Assembly (NCBI RefSeq): GCF_963921235.1
Contig: NC_086097.1
Span: 247,444,001 to 247,508,000 of the forward strand
DNA length: 64,000 nucleotides
From: Mobula hypostoma
Taxonomy: Eukaryota
Direction of reading: 5' to 3'
Part shown: positions 23,908-36,292 of the stretch, piece after piece
How positions within the stretch are numbered: the stretch's first letter is position 1
Layout of the letters: each line of letters begins with the position of its first letter
The notes under the pieces: generated by a model
The model's database searches: none
What the model was told of the DNA's origin: nothing
The model's input: the letters and a program-made list of their open reading frames with translations, nothing else
Position numbers and translations under genes: made by a program

Positions 23908-24392
23908 CCTCTATCAAATCTCCTCTCAATCTTCTACATTCCAAGGAATAAAGTCCTAACCTATTCAAACTTTCCCTGACCCATTAACATCCTTGCAAAT
24001 TTTCTCTGTACTCTTTCAACCTTATTTACATCTTTCCTGTAGGCAGGTGACTAAAAGTACACACAATACTCCAAATTAGGCCTCACCAACGTTTTATACA
24101 ACTTCAACATAACATCCCATCTCCTGCAATGAATACTTTGATTTATGAAGGCCAATGTGCCAAAAGCTTTCTTTATGACCCTATCTACCTGTGACACCAT
24201 TTTTAATTAATTATGGACCTGTATTCCAAGATCCCTTTGTTCTATCACAAATATATTGGAGAAAAAGTCATATAAAAAAGAACTACAGAACGATATAGGA
24301 TAGGCAAAGGTTCAAAGTAAATTTATTATCAAGGCATGTGTACGTCACAATATGCTATCTTGAGATTCATTTCCTTGCAGGCATTCGCAGTA

Positions 24393-24712
24393 GCTTTGGC
24401 TCTTGGTAGGGTCACCAATGTCAAACAGGTCAAAGGGTAGAGGCCAGACTAAGAGTGGTCCAACAGTCCTCTAGGTCTGGGGGTTCAGCTCAGGGCTAAC
24501 AACCCTGACTGGCCAAAAAAAATTGTTACGGAACAGCAATGAAGAATCCTTCTACATCTGTGTGTGATGCTATTCCTGAGTCATGCATGACTGATAGTAG
24601 TGAAAACCAAGAGGAAGCTACTGACATGGTGAAGGAAGCCCTGAACACTGTCAGAGACGGAGGACCTTCATTGCTGACCCAAATACCAGCGGTGTAGTGA
24701 GCAATTGATTGA
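24393..24712 (+). mobile_element. RTE-derived bipartite non-autonomous element (family A)
   Basis: RTE 5'UTR-like ggtagggtcacc...gggttcagctcagggctaacaaccctgac followed by a short ORF-end-like tail; second copy at 20140-20485. Confidence 0.65.
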
Positions 24713-24717
24713 TTCAC

Positions 24718-26912
24718 AGTAGAACAAAGGAATACAACTGTTACACTACCATCAAGAGCACTTTCTGTGCTATTCCACTCCCACACTTTGGTAAGTCTGA
24801 TCACCTGGCTGTACTTCTACTCCCTGAGTATAGGCAGAGACTGAAGACTGCAGCACCAGTGGTGAGGACCAAGAAGGTATGGACAAGGAAAGCACAGGAA
24901 CGCCTACAGGACTGCCTTGAATCAGTGGACTGGATTGTATTCAGGGACTCATTTTTGAGTCTGGGTGAGTATGCTGCAGTTGTTACTGACTTCATTAAAA
25001 CCTGTGTGGATGAGTGTGTGCCTACGAAAACTTACTGTACATTCCCAGACCAAAAGCCATGGATGAACCTGGAGGTCCATTGCCTGCTGAGGGCTAGATC
25101 TGTGGCATTTAAGTCTGGTGATCCAAGTCTACAAAAGAAAACCAGGTATGACTTGTGGAGGGCTATTCAAGAGCTAAAATACATTTCTGGGGGAGGTTGG
25201 AGGCGACATTGGATGTTCGTCAACTCTGGCAGGGTTTGCAAGCCATTACTTCCCACAAAGTAAAGCCCAATAGCATGAATGGCAGCGATGCTTCACTACC
25301 AGATGAGTTCAATGCCTTTTATGCCTGCTTTGAAAGGGAGAACATAACTACAGCTGTGGAGATCCCTGCTGCACCCGGTAACCCTGTGATATCTGTCTCA
25401 GAGGCTGATGTTGGGCTGTCTTTAAGGAGGATGAACTCTCGCAAGGCAGCAAGCCCCAATGGAGTACCTAGTAAGACTCTGAAAACTTGTGCCGAAAAAC
25501 TGGTGCGAGTATTCAAGGACATTTTCCAGCCTCTCACTGCTACAGTCGTAAGTTCGCACCTGCTTCACAAAGGCAACAATTATACCCATGCCTAAGAAGA
25601 GTAGTGGGAGCTGCTTTAATGACTATCTTCCAGTAGCACAAACATACATGGTGATAGAATGCTTTGAGACGTTGGTCATGGCTAGAATCAGCGCTTGCCT
25701 CAGCAAGGAGCTAGACCCACTGCAATTTGCTTATCACCACAATAGGTCTATGGCAGACACAATCTCAATGGCTCTTCACACAGCCTTATATCACCTGGAC
25801 AACACAAACACCTATGACAGGATGCTGTTTGTTGACTATAGCTCAGCGTTTAGCACCACGATTCCCACAGTCCTGATCGAAAAGCTACAGAACCTGGGCC
25901 TCCGTACCTCCCTCTGCAACTGGATCTTCAACTTCCTAACTGGAAGACCACAATCTGTGTGGATCGGTGATAACTAGCTGATAATCAACACTGGTGCACC
26001 TCAGGGATGTGTGCTTAGCCCACTGCTCTACTCTCTATGCCTAATACTGTATGGCTAGGCATAGCTCAAATGCCATCTATAAATTTGCTGATGATTCTAC
26101 CAACCATTGTTGGTAGAATCTCAGATGGAGACGAGAGGGCGTACAGGAGTGAGTTATGCCAACTAGTGGAGTGGGGTCACAGCAACAACCTGGTGCTCGA
26201 GGTCAGTAAGACAAAAGGGCTGGTTGTGGACTTTAGAAAGGGTAAGACAAAGGAACGCACACCAATCTTCATAGAGGGATCAGAAGTGGACAGACTGAGC
26301 AGTTTCAACTTCCTGGGTGTCAACATCTTTGAGGATCTAATCTGGACCCAACACATTGATGCAACTATAAAGAAGGCAAGACAGCGGCTATATTTCATTA
26401 GGAGTTTGAGGAGATTTGGTTTGTCACCTAATCACTGTCTGGTATGGGATGAGGCTACTGCACAGGATCGTAAGAAGCTACAGAAAGTTGTAAAATTAGT
26501 CAGCTCCATCATGGGCACTAGCCTCTGTAGTATCCAAGACATCTTCAAGGAGCGATGCCTCAGAAAGGTGGTGTCCATCATTAAGGACTCACATCACCCT
26601 GGACATGCCCTCTTCTCATTGTTACCATGCGGAAGGAGGTACAGAAGCTGAAGGCATACAGTCAACACTTCAGGAACAGCTTCTTCCCTCTACCATACGA
26701 TTTCTAAATGGACATTGAACCCATGAAGACTTACCTCACTTTTTTTTTTCTGTTTTGCACTATTTTTAATTTTACTATTTAATATACAAATATATAGTTA
26801 CTGTAATTGGTTGATTTATTTCTATATGATCATGTATTGCACTGTCTGCTGCTGCTAAGTTAACAAATTTCCCACCATATGCCAGTGATATTAAACCTGA
26901 TTCAGATTCTGA
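24718..26912 (+). pseudogene. Rex1-clade LINE, 5'-truncated (endonuclease end, RT, 3'UTR), frameshifted
   Basis: [69 protein letters not shown]-type tail. Confidence 0.95.
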
Positions 26913-27628
26913 ATACAACAGAATCAACGAAAACCTGCACCCAAAGACTGACATGCAACAATGTGCAAAAGATAAAGTGTGCAAATACAAAACAACAAGT
27001 AATAATAATAAATGAAACAATGAACATAAAGACAAATAAATAAATAAAACTGAGAAAATGAATTATAGAGTCCTTGAAAGTGATTCCCTTTGTTGTGTTC
27101 AGCTCTGCTCAATGCTTGGCTTGACTGTGGTGAGATTACCTGCCTTCACCACACTGAAAATTACAACCAGTCCCCGGGTGAAAAATTATTTCCTCAGGTC
27201 TCTCCTAATCCTCTTAAACTATGCCCTCTGCATTTATTTTGGGAATTGGAACAGGTTTATTATTGTCACATGTACTGAGATGCGTAGAAAAGCATGTCTT
27301 GCATACGGTTCATACAGATCAGATGATTACACAGTGCATCGAGGTAGAACAAGGTGAAACAATAACAATGCAGAATAAAGTCTAACAAGAACAAAAGAAA
27401 GTGCTCTGCAGCTAAACAATAAAGTGCAAGAGTGGCTGGTCACTGAGGAGTGTGGATGAACAGAGAGATCTGGGAATACAGATCCATAATTCCTTGGAAA
27501 TGGTGTCACAACTGAATAGGGCTGTAACGAAAGCTTTTAGCACATTAACCTTCATAAATCAATGTACTGAGTACAAGAATTGGAATGTTATATTGAAGTT
27601 GTATATGAAGCTGGTAAGGCCTAATTTA

Positions 27629-27920
27629 GAGCACATGGCCAAGTGGTTAAGGCATTGGACTAGCGACCTGAAGGTTGTGAGTTCGAGCCCCAGCCGAGGG
27701 AACGTGTTGTGTCCTTGAGCAAGGGACTTAATCACACATTGCTCTGCGACGACACTGGTGCCAAGTTGTATTGGTCCTAATGCCCTTCCCTTGGACAACA
27801 TTGGTGTTGTGGAGAGGGGAGACTTGCAGCATGGGCAACTGCTGGTCTTCCATACAACCTTGTGAAGACCTTCCAGGTGCAGATCCATGGCCTTGCAAGA
27901 CTAATGGTCACCTACCTACA
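27629..27920 (+). mobile_element. tRNA-derived SINE inserted in a CR1 fragment; 3' half repeated at 28866-29052
   Basis: A box TGGCCAAGTGG (27636), B box GTTCGAGCC (27681), body tgtgtccttgagcaagg. Confidence 0.85.
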
Positions 27921-28479
27921 GGAAGGATATCAATACGATTAAAAGAATGCAGAGGAAATTTATGAGATCAAGGGGACTAGGCAGAATCATAGTTGAGCAT
28001 GGACTGGATGTGATGTAGTGCTCTATGACTCTATCACAATGAGTTAGATTGTGAGGTCAAGAGTCCATCTTGTCGTAATAGGGAACCATTCAATAGTCTT
28101 CTAACACCAGGGTGGGACCTGTTTTTGAGCCTGGTGTCATGTGCTTTCAGGTTTTTGGATCTTCTGCCTGATGGAAAAAAGGAGAAGGGATATTGCCTGG
28201 GGAAGGTGGGGTCTTTGATGATGTCAGCTGCTTTACTGAAGCAGTGAGCAGTTTACACAGAGTCCATACCTGTTATCAGGAAAAGTTTCTAACTATCCCA
28301 CCCACACCTCTCACTTTAATGTATAACTTGATCAGGTCATCTCTCACTCTAGTTTGATCCAAACTCAGCCCATGTATTTCACACTCGCAACAGAAACATT
28401 TTAACCCAAGCAACATCCTGGTGGATCAGAAATGCAGCCAATATTCCAGGAAAGTTCAAAGTTCAAAATAACGTCACTA

Positions 28480-29177
28480 AACAACCTATCGCTATTCAAA
28501 ATCGATGGAGATAGATCAGACCCTGGCAGGCACACTACCTCTTTAGGATGGCGGCGGAAGAGAGGCTGCTGAGCTGGGTTAAAGGTGTGTTTAAAGAAAC
28601 AAGGCATCTGACTCCCAATACCAACTACCATGCTGGTAAGCGTACGGTCTCTGGAAAATAAAACTGAAGATCTCAGAGCTTGGGTGCTGTATCAGAAGAA
28701 GTTAGGACAGAAGCTTGAAGGCACACACTCAACAATTCAGGAACAGCTTCTTCCTTTCTGCCATCCAATATCTGAATGGACATTGAACCCATGAATACTA
28801 CCTCACTACATTTTTAATTTCCTAATTTTTTCACTACTTATTTAATTTAACTATTACATATATGTGACACTAGTGCCAAGCTGTATGGGTCCTAGTGCCC
28901 TTCCCTTGGACAACATTGGTGTCATGGAGAGGGGAGACTTGCAGCATGGGCAACTGCTGGTCTTCCATACAACCTTGCCCAGGCCTGCGCCCTGGAGAGT
29001 GGAGACTTTCCAGGCGCAGATCCATGGTCTCGCAAGACTAACGGATGCCTTTACTTTACATATATATACTTCTTTGCAATTCAGTTTTTTTCTGTTATTA
29101 CATATTGCAATGTACTACTGCAGCAAATGTTAACAAATTTCATGAAATATGCCGTTGATATTAAACCCAATTCTGAT
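28480..29177 (+). mobile_element. Internally deleted Rex1 element (ORF start joined to 3' end) with a SINE insert
   Basis: RKRGC..PIPTTML..RSLENKTEDLRA..LYQ jumps directly to ..SLKAHTQQFRNSF and the 3'UTR. Confidence 0.7.
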
Positions 29178-29444
29178 GATCAAAGTACATATATGTCACC
29201 TTATACACCCCTGAAATTCATTTTCTTGTGGGCATACTCAGTAAGTCCATTATAGAGTAATAACTATAATAGAATCAGTGAAAGACTGTACCAACAAGGG
29301 CGTCCAACCAGTGTACAAAAGACAACAAACTGTAAATACAAAAAGAAAGAAATCATAATAATAAATAAATAAGCAATGAATATTGAGAACGTGAGATGAA
29401 GAGTCTTTGAAAGTGAGTCCATAGGTTATGGGAACAATACAGTG

Positions 29445-29975
29445 ATATCCTGGACCCCGGCACCCGGGAAGCAACATACCATTCGGGAATTTCACTCTCG
29501 CCCACAGAACCTCCTGTCTGTTCTCCTAACTAACAAATCCCCTATCACCACAGTGTGCCTCTTCTCCCCCTTCCCATCTGAGTCACAGAGCCAGACTCAG
29601 TGCCAGAGATCCAACTACTGTGACTTTCCTCTGTTAGGCCATCCTCCCCGGCAGTATCCAAAATGAAATATCTGTTGTTGAGGGGGATGACCACAGGGGT
29701 ACTCTGCACTGGCTCCTTAACACCTTTCCTCTTCCTGAATGTTCACCCAGTCTCCTGCGTCTTGCACCTTGGGTTTCACTACCTCTCTGTATGTCCTGTC
29801 TATCACCCCCTCAGTCTCCCAAATGATTCGGAGTTCATCCAGTTCCAGTTCCAATTCCTTAACGCAGTTTGTTAAAAGCTGCAGCTGGATGCACCTCTCA
29901 CAGTCGTAGTGGTCAGGGACACCGCCTTCCCACATCCCGCAAAAGGAGCATTGCACTATCCTGCCGTACATCTCT
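29445..29975 (-). mobile_element. CR1 ORF1 fragment (zinc finger, leucine zipper, esterase start)
   Basis: ORF 29717..29971 CSFCGMWE...CERCIQLQLL..ELELELDEL, homologous to ORF 63073..63735. Confidence 0.9.
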
Positions 29976-30074
29976 TCTAAATATATTTAATACACGTTGT
30001 TGCTGAGCAGGATAAGTTAGTGTTCTGGGGAAAAGGTAGGTAGGTAGAATTAAGCCAATGCCCAGATCAGCTAT

Positions 30075-30248
30075 GAACTGGTTGAATGGTGGAGATCGCT
30101 GGGAACTGGTTGAATGGCGGAGATCGCTGGGAACTGGTTGAATGGCGGAGATCGCTGGGAACTGGTTGAATGGCGGAGATCGCTGGGAACTGGTTGAATG
30201 GCGGAGATCGCTGGGAACTGGTTGAATGGCGGAGATCACTGTGAACTG
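30075..30248 (+). repeat. 28-bp tandem repeat, 6 copies, derived from a CR1 3'UTR
   Basis: Unit GAACTGGTTGAATGGCGGAGATCGCTGG starts at 30075, 30103, 30131, 30159, 30187 and 30215. Confidence 0.95.
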
Positions 30249-30472
30249 ATTAGTTCATATGCCACCTATTCCACTTTCAATGAACAATGGACCTGTATTC
30301 CTAGCTCCCTTTGTTCTGTCACGCTCTCAGTGCCCTACCATTCACTGTGTAAGACCTGCCCTGCTTGGTCCTACCGAATTGCAACATCTTGCACTTGTCT
30401 GCATTAAATTCCATCTGCATTATTCAGTCCATTTTTCCTGCTAGTCCGGGTCTCGCTGCAGGTTTCTTGATT

Positions 30473-30936
30473 GTACTGTAGTAACTTTATGTATTGCACT
30501 GTACTGTTGTTGCACATAAACAAAACAAATTGCATAACACGTGAGTGATGACAAACCAGATTCTGATATGGGTCCCTATCGTGGACCGAGAGTGGGAAGG
30601 GAAGAGGGAGAGGGGAGTCATAGTTGAGAAAAGGGGGATGGAGAGGGAAGTATCAGAGAGACATTCTGTAATGAGCAATAAACCAATTGTCTGGAATCAA
30701 ATGACCTTTCCTGGTGTCTCAGGGCTGGGTGTGTTTGTACCCACACCACCCTCTTCTCTGGCACCGGTCCCCCACCCAGCCCGCGGTGCTCCACCCTCAC
30801 CATTCCAACATCCTTTGCTCCTGCCAGATTTACAAACTCACTCTCTGCTCCACGTTGACAAACACAGTACAGTGCAAAAGTGTTGGGCACCCTAGCTATA
30901 CTTTATATATGTGCCTAAGACTTTTGCACAGTACGG
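30473..30936 (+). mobile_element. Composite Tc1-TIR element, copy 2
   Basis: Collinear with 770-1256; terminal mini-MITE at 30865-30936 followed by TA. Confidence 0.8.
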
Positions 30937-31894
30937 TAGATTTTCTTTTCTAAAGCTATCCACTTTATTGTTAAAGGACTTCATATCGCATTCAGTGTGC
31001 CTCTGACTATCTGTTAATATCTGATGAAGTTTGGGATTTTCCCTCAGATGGTTTACCCAGTGCAAACATTTGAAATGTGTAACAAAACTACATCAGCAGT
31101 CAAAGCCATGGTCAGCTGTACATTGGGAATAAAAAGGTAACCTGACTCAGTGTTCAAAAATGCAGTACCTTCTGTCACATACAACCCTGTATTGTTCTGG
31201 CCAGACAAAACATGACAGAATGTAACTAATTGGATTTTGTTTGTGCGTTTGGATGAATAAAATATTGAGATTCAATAATGATGGTTTACATACCAGGGAG
31301 ACATTAGAAATCCAAGAGACTGATCAATAAATATTGCTATTTCATGATATTTTGTGACACATCGTCCCCTTCAATTATTTGCTTCTATTTAATTTTTTGG
31401 TATTTCTGTAACCGTATTGAGCTATAAGACATCATCATCATTATGTGCAGGTTCAGATGATGTGGGCCAATCATAAGAGCAGAATTAGGCTATTTGGCCC
31501 ATCAAGTCTGCACCGCCTTTCCATCATGGCTGCTTTACTATCCCCTCAACCCCAAATCTCCTACCTTCTCCCAGTAAGCACTTTAAATATACTCAATGGT
31601 CGTGGCCTCCACAGTTGTCTGTGGCAATGAGTTCCACAGATTCATCACTCTCTGGCTGAAGAAATTCCTCCTCATCTCTGTTCTAAGGGATGTCTTTGTA
31701 TTCTGAGGCTGTGTTCTTGGACTTCCCCATGAGAGGAAACATCCTCTCCATATCCTTACAATATTTGATAGGTTACAGTGAGATCTCCCACCCGTTCTTC
31801 TAAATTGCAACAAGTACAGGCCCAGAGCCACCAAACACTCCTCACATGTTATCCCTTTCATTCCTGGGATCATTCACTTAAAGCTCCTCTGGAC

Positions 31895-32206
31895 CAGTGG
31901 TCCCCAACCTCTGGGCCGCGGACCGATGCATTGCCGCGAAGAATGCAGTGGTGCAGCGGTAGCCGGATCGCACCCAGCACATCCTTAAGAAAAAAAGTCA
32001 ATATAAACAAGCTAATTAATTAGGTGCCGCCCGGTACGTAAATGTTGGCCCAGATCAGAGGCGATTGCCGGGCAGGGCCTAACTAATTAGCTTGCTTAGT
32101 TCGGCTTTTTTCTTAAAGATGTGCTGGGTGCGTTCCAGCTACCACTGCACCGCTGCATTCTTCACTGCAATGTATCGGTCCGCGGCCCGGAGGTTGGGGA
32201 CCGCTG
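31895..32206. mobile_element. Palindromic hAT MITE, 312 bp, inserted in an antisense CR1 fragment (about 31472-32280)
   Basis: CAGTGGTCCCCAACCT...AGGTTGGGGACCGCTG; arms are inverted repeats over most of the length; perfect 8-bp TSD CTCTGGAC (31887-31894 and 32207-32214). Confidence 0.95.
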
Positions 32207-32847
32207 CTCTGGACCATTTTCAATGCCAGCACATCCTTTATTAGACTTGGGGCCCAAAGCTGCTCGGAATATGCCAAATGCAGGCTCCTCACAAAGGTTA
32301 TGTTACTTTAACAGAAGCAAAGGAAAGAAAACAATTAACATATTGATTTCTATATTGTACATGATGAATAACTGAGAGCATGACAGCCTTCCACATTACA
32401 GAGCTCTGTTATGTAAATAATCTTGTTGGCTGTCAATATTTTCTATGTACTATTGTAATGTATCACAGATCCCTCAAAATTCTTCACAAGGCATCGAGGG
32501 TCTCCAGTAAAATTAATAAGGGAAAACAACATCAAATGTTGTGATGAATATTAATTAAATGCAACAGAAATTTTCACTTTTTCAAAACTTTAGGAAACTT
32601 TGAAGTCCCTCTGAAAATTTTTAACGAATTTTTACTTCTTGCTGCAGCCATCAAGAAGAAGGTACAGGAGCCTCAGGACTCACACCACCAGGTCCAGAAA
32701 AAGTTACTACCCCTCAAACCCCTCATCCCTCTTGAACCAAAGGGGATTACTTTACTCAACATTCCTTGCCCCTTCATGGAAATGTTCCCACAACTAATGG
32801 ACTCACTTTTAAGGACGCTTCACCTCATTTTTTTTTAATACAGTATT

Positions 32848-33573
32848 TAGACCATAAGACATAGGAGCACAATCAGGCCATTTGGGCCATCGAGTCTGCT
32901 CTGCTATTCAATCATGGCTGATCCCATTTCTCCCCCTCCTCAACCCCACTCCCCAGCCTTCTCCCCATAAACTTTGATGTCGTGTCCAATCAAGAACCTA
33001 TCAATCTCTGCCTTAAATATACCTGGACTCCACAGCTGCCTGTGATAACAAATTCCACAAATTTGCCACCTTCTGGCTAAAGAAATTTCCCTGCATCTCT
33101 GTTTTAAATGGACGCCCCTCTATCCTGAGGCTGTGCCCTCTTGTCCTAGACTCACCCACGATGGGAAACATCCTTTCCACATCTACGCTATTTAGGCCTT
33201 TCAACATTCGAAAGGTTTCAATGAGATCCCCTCTTATCCTTCTAAATTCCAGTGAGTACAGACCCAGAGCTATCAAGCGTTTCTCATATGATAACCCTTT
33301 CATCCCTGGAATCATCCTTGTGAACCTCTTCTCACTCTCTCCAATTCCAGCACATCTTTTCTTAGATAAGGAGCACAAAATCGTTCACAATATTCAAGGT
33401 GAGGCCTCACCAGTGCCTTATGAAGCTTCAGTATCATGTCCCTGCTCTTCTATTCAAAGCCTCTTAAAATGAATGCTAACATTGTATTTGCCTTTCACAC
33501 CACCGATCCTACCTGCAAGTTAACCTTTAGGGTGTTCTGCACAAGGACCCCCAAGTCTCTTTGCATCTCAGAT
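32848..33573 (-). mobile_element. CR1 3' fragment inserted in a Rex1 3'UTR (about 32635-33735)
   Basis: ORF 33013..33378 RFTRMIPGMKGLSYE...RGHSLRIEGRPF; Rex1 3'UTR sequence on both sides. Confidence 0.9.
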
Positions 33574-34667
33574 CTGCACAATTTGTTGCATTCTGCGCTC
33601 TGGTTCAACGCCCTAGTTGATTCTGTTATAGTTATTATTCAATAGATTCATTGAGTATGCCCACAAGAAAATGAATCTCAGGATTGCATACAGTGACATA
33701 CATGTACTTCGATAATAAATTTATTTTGAGCTTGATAAACAGATCATAACAGAACAGGAAGTTCATTGTAAATTTATTATCAAAGTAGATATATGTCTCC
33801 ATAAACAACCCTGAGGTTCATATTCCCGAGGACACACTCAGTAAATCGAGAGAATAGTAACTGTAACTGAATCAGTGAAAGACTGCAGTGACAGTCATCA
33901 AGCCCTGCAAGTTGATTCTGCAAGCCTGGGCCGGGGACTGGAGACAGGAACGGACCTGTCTGGAGCTTGGAGGTGTGACTATCTGGGAGAGGAGCTTGTT
34001 TTGCTGTTGTGGAGTTGCTCTGCTGTCGCTGCCTGCGTTGTTCTGCTGAACGTTGTGGGAACGGTATGTTGGCGCCGTAAAGAGTGGCGACATTTGCTGG
34101 CTGCCTCCAGCACATCTTTGGGTCTGATGGTTGTTAACGCGAGCGATGCTTTTCACTGTAACACACACAAAATGCCCGAAGAAGTAGGGTTCACAAGATT
34201 TTGGGAACTCAGCAGGTCTCAGCCAGATGAGGGACTCAGCCTGAAGCCATGGCTCTTCATGCCTCTTCATAGATGCTGCCTGACTTGCTGAGTTTCTCAA
34301 GCACTCTAGATCTCCAGCATCTGCAGAACCTCTTGTGTTTATGATACATTTCACTGTAGGTTTTGATATAAATAAACCTGAATCTGAATATGAATATTGG
34401 CGTAGTCTTCCTAGTCCACTGTCTTCCTGACTATTCTTTAAATCCACCATCATCCACAAATGTTACCTCATCTACATTTCTGTTGCAATGTACTATGTTA
34501 CGGGGAGAAGGCAGGGGAATGGAGTTCAGAGAATAATCAATCAACCATGATGGAATGGCAGAGCAGACTCGACGGGCCGAGTTGCCTAATTCTGCTCCTA
34601 TGTCTTTTGGTCCAATAGCAGATTGACATTGACAAATATTTAACAAAATACACCTAAATGAATCAAA

Positions 34668-35165
34668 GAAACAGAAATCTACAGCACATTACGGGCCCTT
34701 TGGCCCACAATGTTGTGCCGACCATGTAACCTACTCTAGAAACTGCCTAGAATTTCCCTACTGCATAACCCTCTATTTTTCTAAGCTCCGTGTACCTATC
34801 TAAGAGGTTCTTAAAAGACCCTATGGTATCCACCTCTACCCTTGTCACTTTCAGTGCATTCCATGTACCTACCACTCTCTGTGTAAAAAAACTTACCCCT
34901 GACATCCCCCTTGTACTTACTTCCAAGCACCTTAAAACTGTGCCACCTCGTGTTAGCTATTTCAGCCCCTGGGAAAAAGCCTCTGACTAGCCACATGATC
35001 AATGCCTCCCATCATCTTATACACCTCTGTCAGATCACCTCTCATCCTCAGTCGCTCCAAGGAGAAAAGGCCCGAGTTGACTCAACCTATTCTCATTAGG
35101 CATGCTCTTCAATCCAGGCAACATCCTTGTCCATCTCCTCTGCACTCTTTCTATAGTATCCACAT
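34668..35165 (-). mobile_element. CR1/HER1 3' fragment
   Basis: IERVQRRWTRMLPGL; homologous to 14133-14836. Confidence 0.85.
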
Positions 35166-36010
35166 TAATTAATATTCTTTTACGGAATAAAATTGGAATG
35201 GTCACGTGTCCAAGTACTTCTAAGAAGTTAAAAGGAGCACAGTATTGACAAAAACGATCAAACATTTGATCAAGAGGAGTAGTAAGATGAAGATTATGAG
35301 GTCTTCAGAATGAAGTAACAGTTCTTGAATGAACTCAAGGGATCTATTATATTTATCTAAGATAGTTAAATCTCTTGAGATGAATTACAATCAAATAGAA
35401 TTTTTATTTATTTAAAGATGTAGTGCAGAACAGGAACTTCTGGCCCAACTAGACTAACACAGGACAATAGACAGTGATGGAATTGAACTACGAACTCTGA
35501 CACCCCAAGCTGCAATAGCGTTGCACTTACCAATATGTTACAGTGGCACCAAATCAAATGGTTCCAATATTGTGATTGTCCATTCAAACAGATTAATGGT
35601 CCATTATGTCAACTTGACATTGTTTGACTGATCATCCATTGAGATTCCCAACTCACTATTACTCTCTGCCATGATAATCTATTCACATAAAGCACAAGTC
35701 TACAAGCTCAGCTTCCCATAGAATGATTATCTATCTATTTCTCCATGATGGTAATATTCTTCCTCACCTGCTCCTCATTGTTTGATAGATCATCTAATCC
35801 CCGATTCCCAATTACAAAGAAAGCATGACAGTGCTTCTACTTCCATAGGAACATAAGAAATAGGAGCAGGAGTCGGCCATCTGGCCCATCGAGCTGCCCC
35901 GCCATTCAATAAGATCATGGCTGATCTGTCCATAAACTCAGCTCCATCTCCTGCCTTTTCCCCATAACCCTTGATTCCCCTACTATGTAAAAATCTATCT
36001 AACTGTATCT

Positions 36011-36292
36011 TTTTTTTGGCGTGTGCGTGCGTGCATGTGCAACGTTGGTGGGACAATGTCTTTTTCATGCCTTTACAAGTTGCAGAGCGAGAGAGAGAGA
36101 CTGTGTGGCGGGCCACTCCTCACACAGACATTTCGCAGTAGTTTCCCCTTTATTTTATGAGGTTGAGTTGCGATCTTGACACTCAACCCGGCACGGATGG
36201 AAAGCGTACTCGGGAGCGGACCCGACTGGGTTCGAACCCGAGAACCTCTGTTCCAGAGTCTGGCACTGATGTCATTGCGCCACCAGCCGGCC
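36011..36292 (-). mobile_element. tRNA-derived SINE (tail type 1) inserted in an antisense CR1 (about 35845-36618)
   Basis: Head GGCCGGCTGGTGGCGCAATG, B box GGTTCGAACCC, oligo-A end; 15-bp TSD ATCTAACTGTATCTT / ATCTATCTGTATCTT. Confidence 0.9.

Noticed and set aside
27629..27700. tRNA gene (also 36220-36292 and 58949-59020)
   Set aside because: A/B boxes continue into SINE bodies and tails; these are SINE heads.
30075..30248. CRISPR-like 28-bp repeats
   Set aside because: Head-to-tail with no spacers, eukaryotic context, no cas genes.
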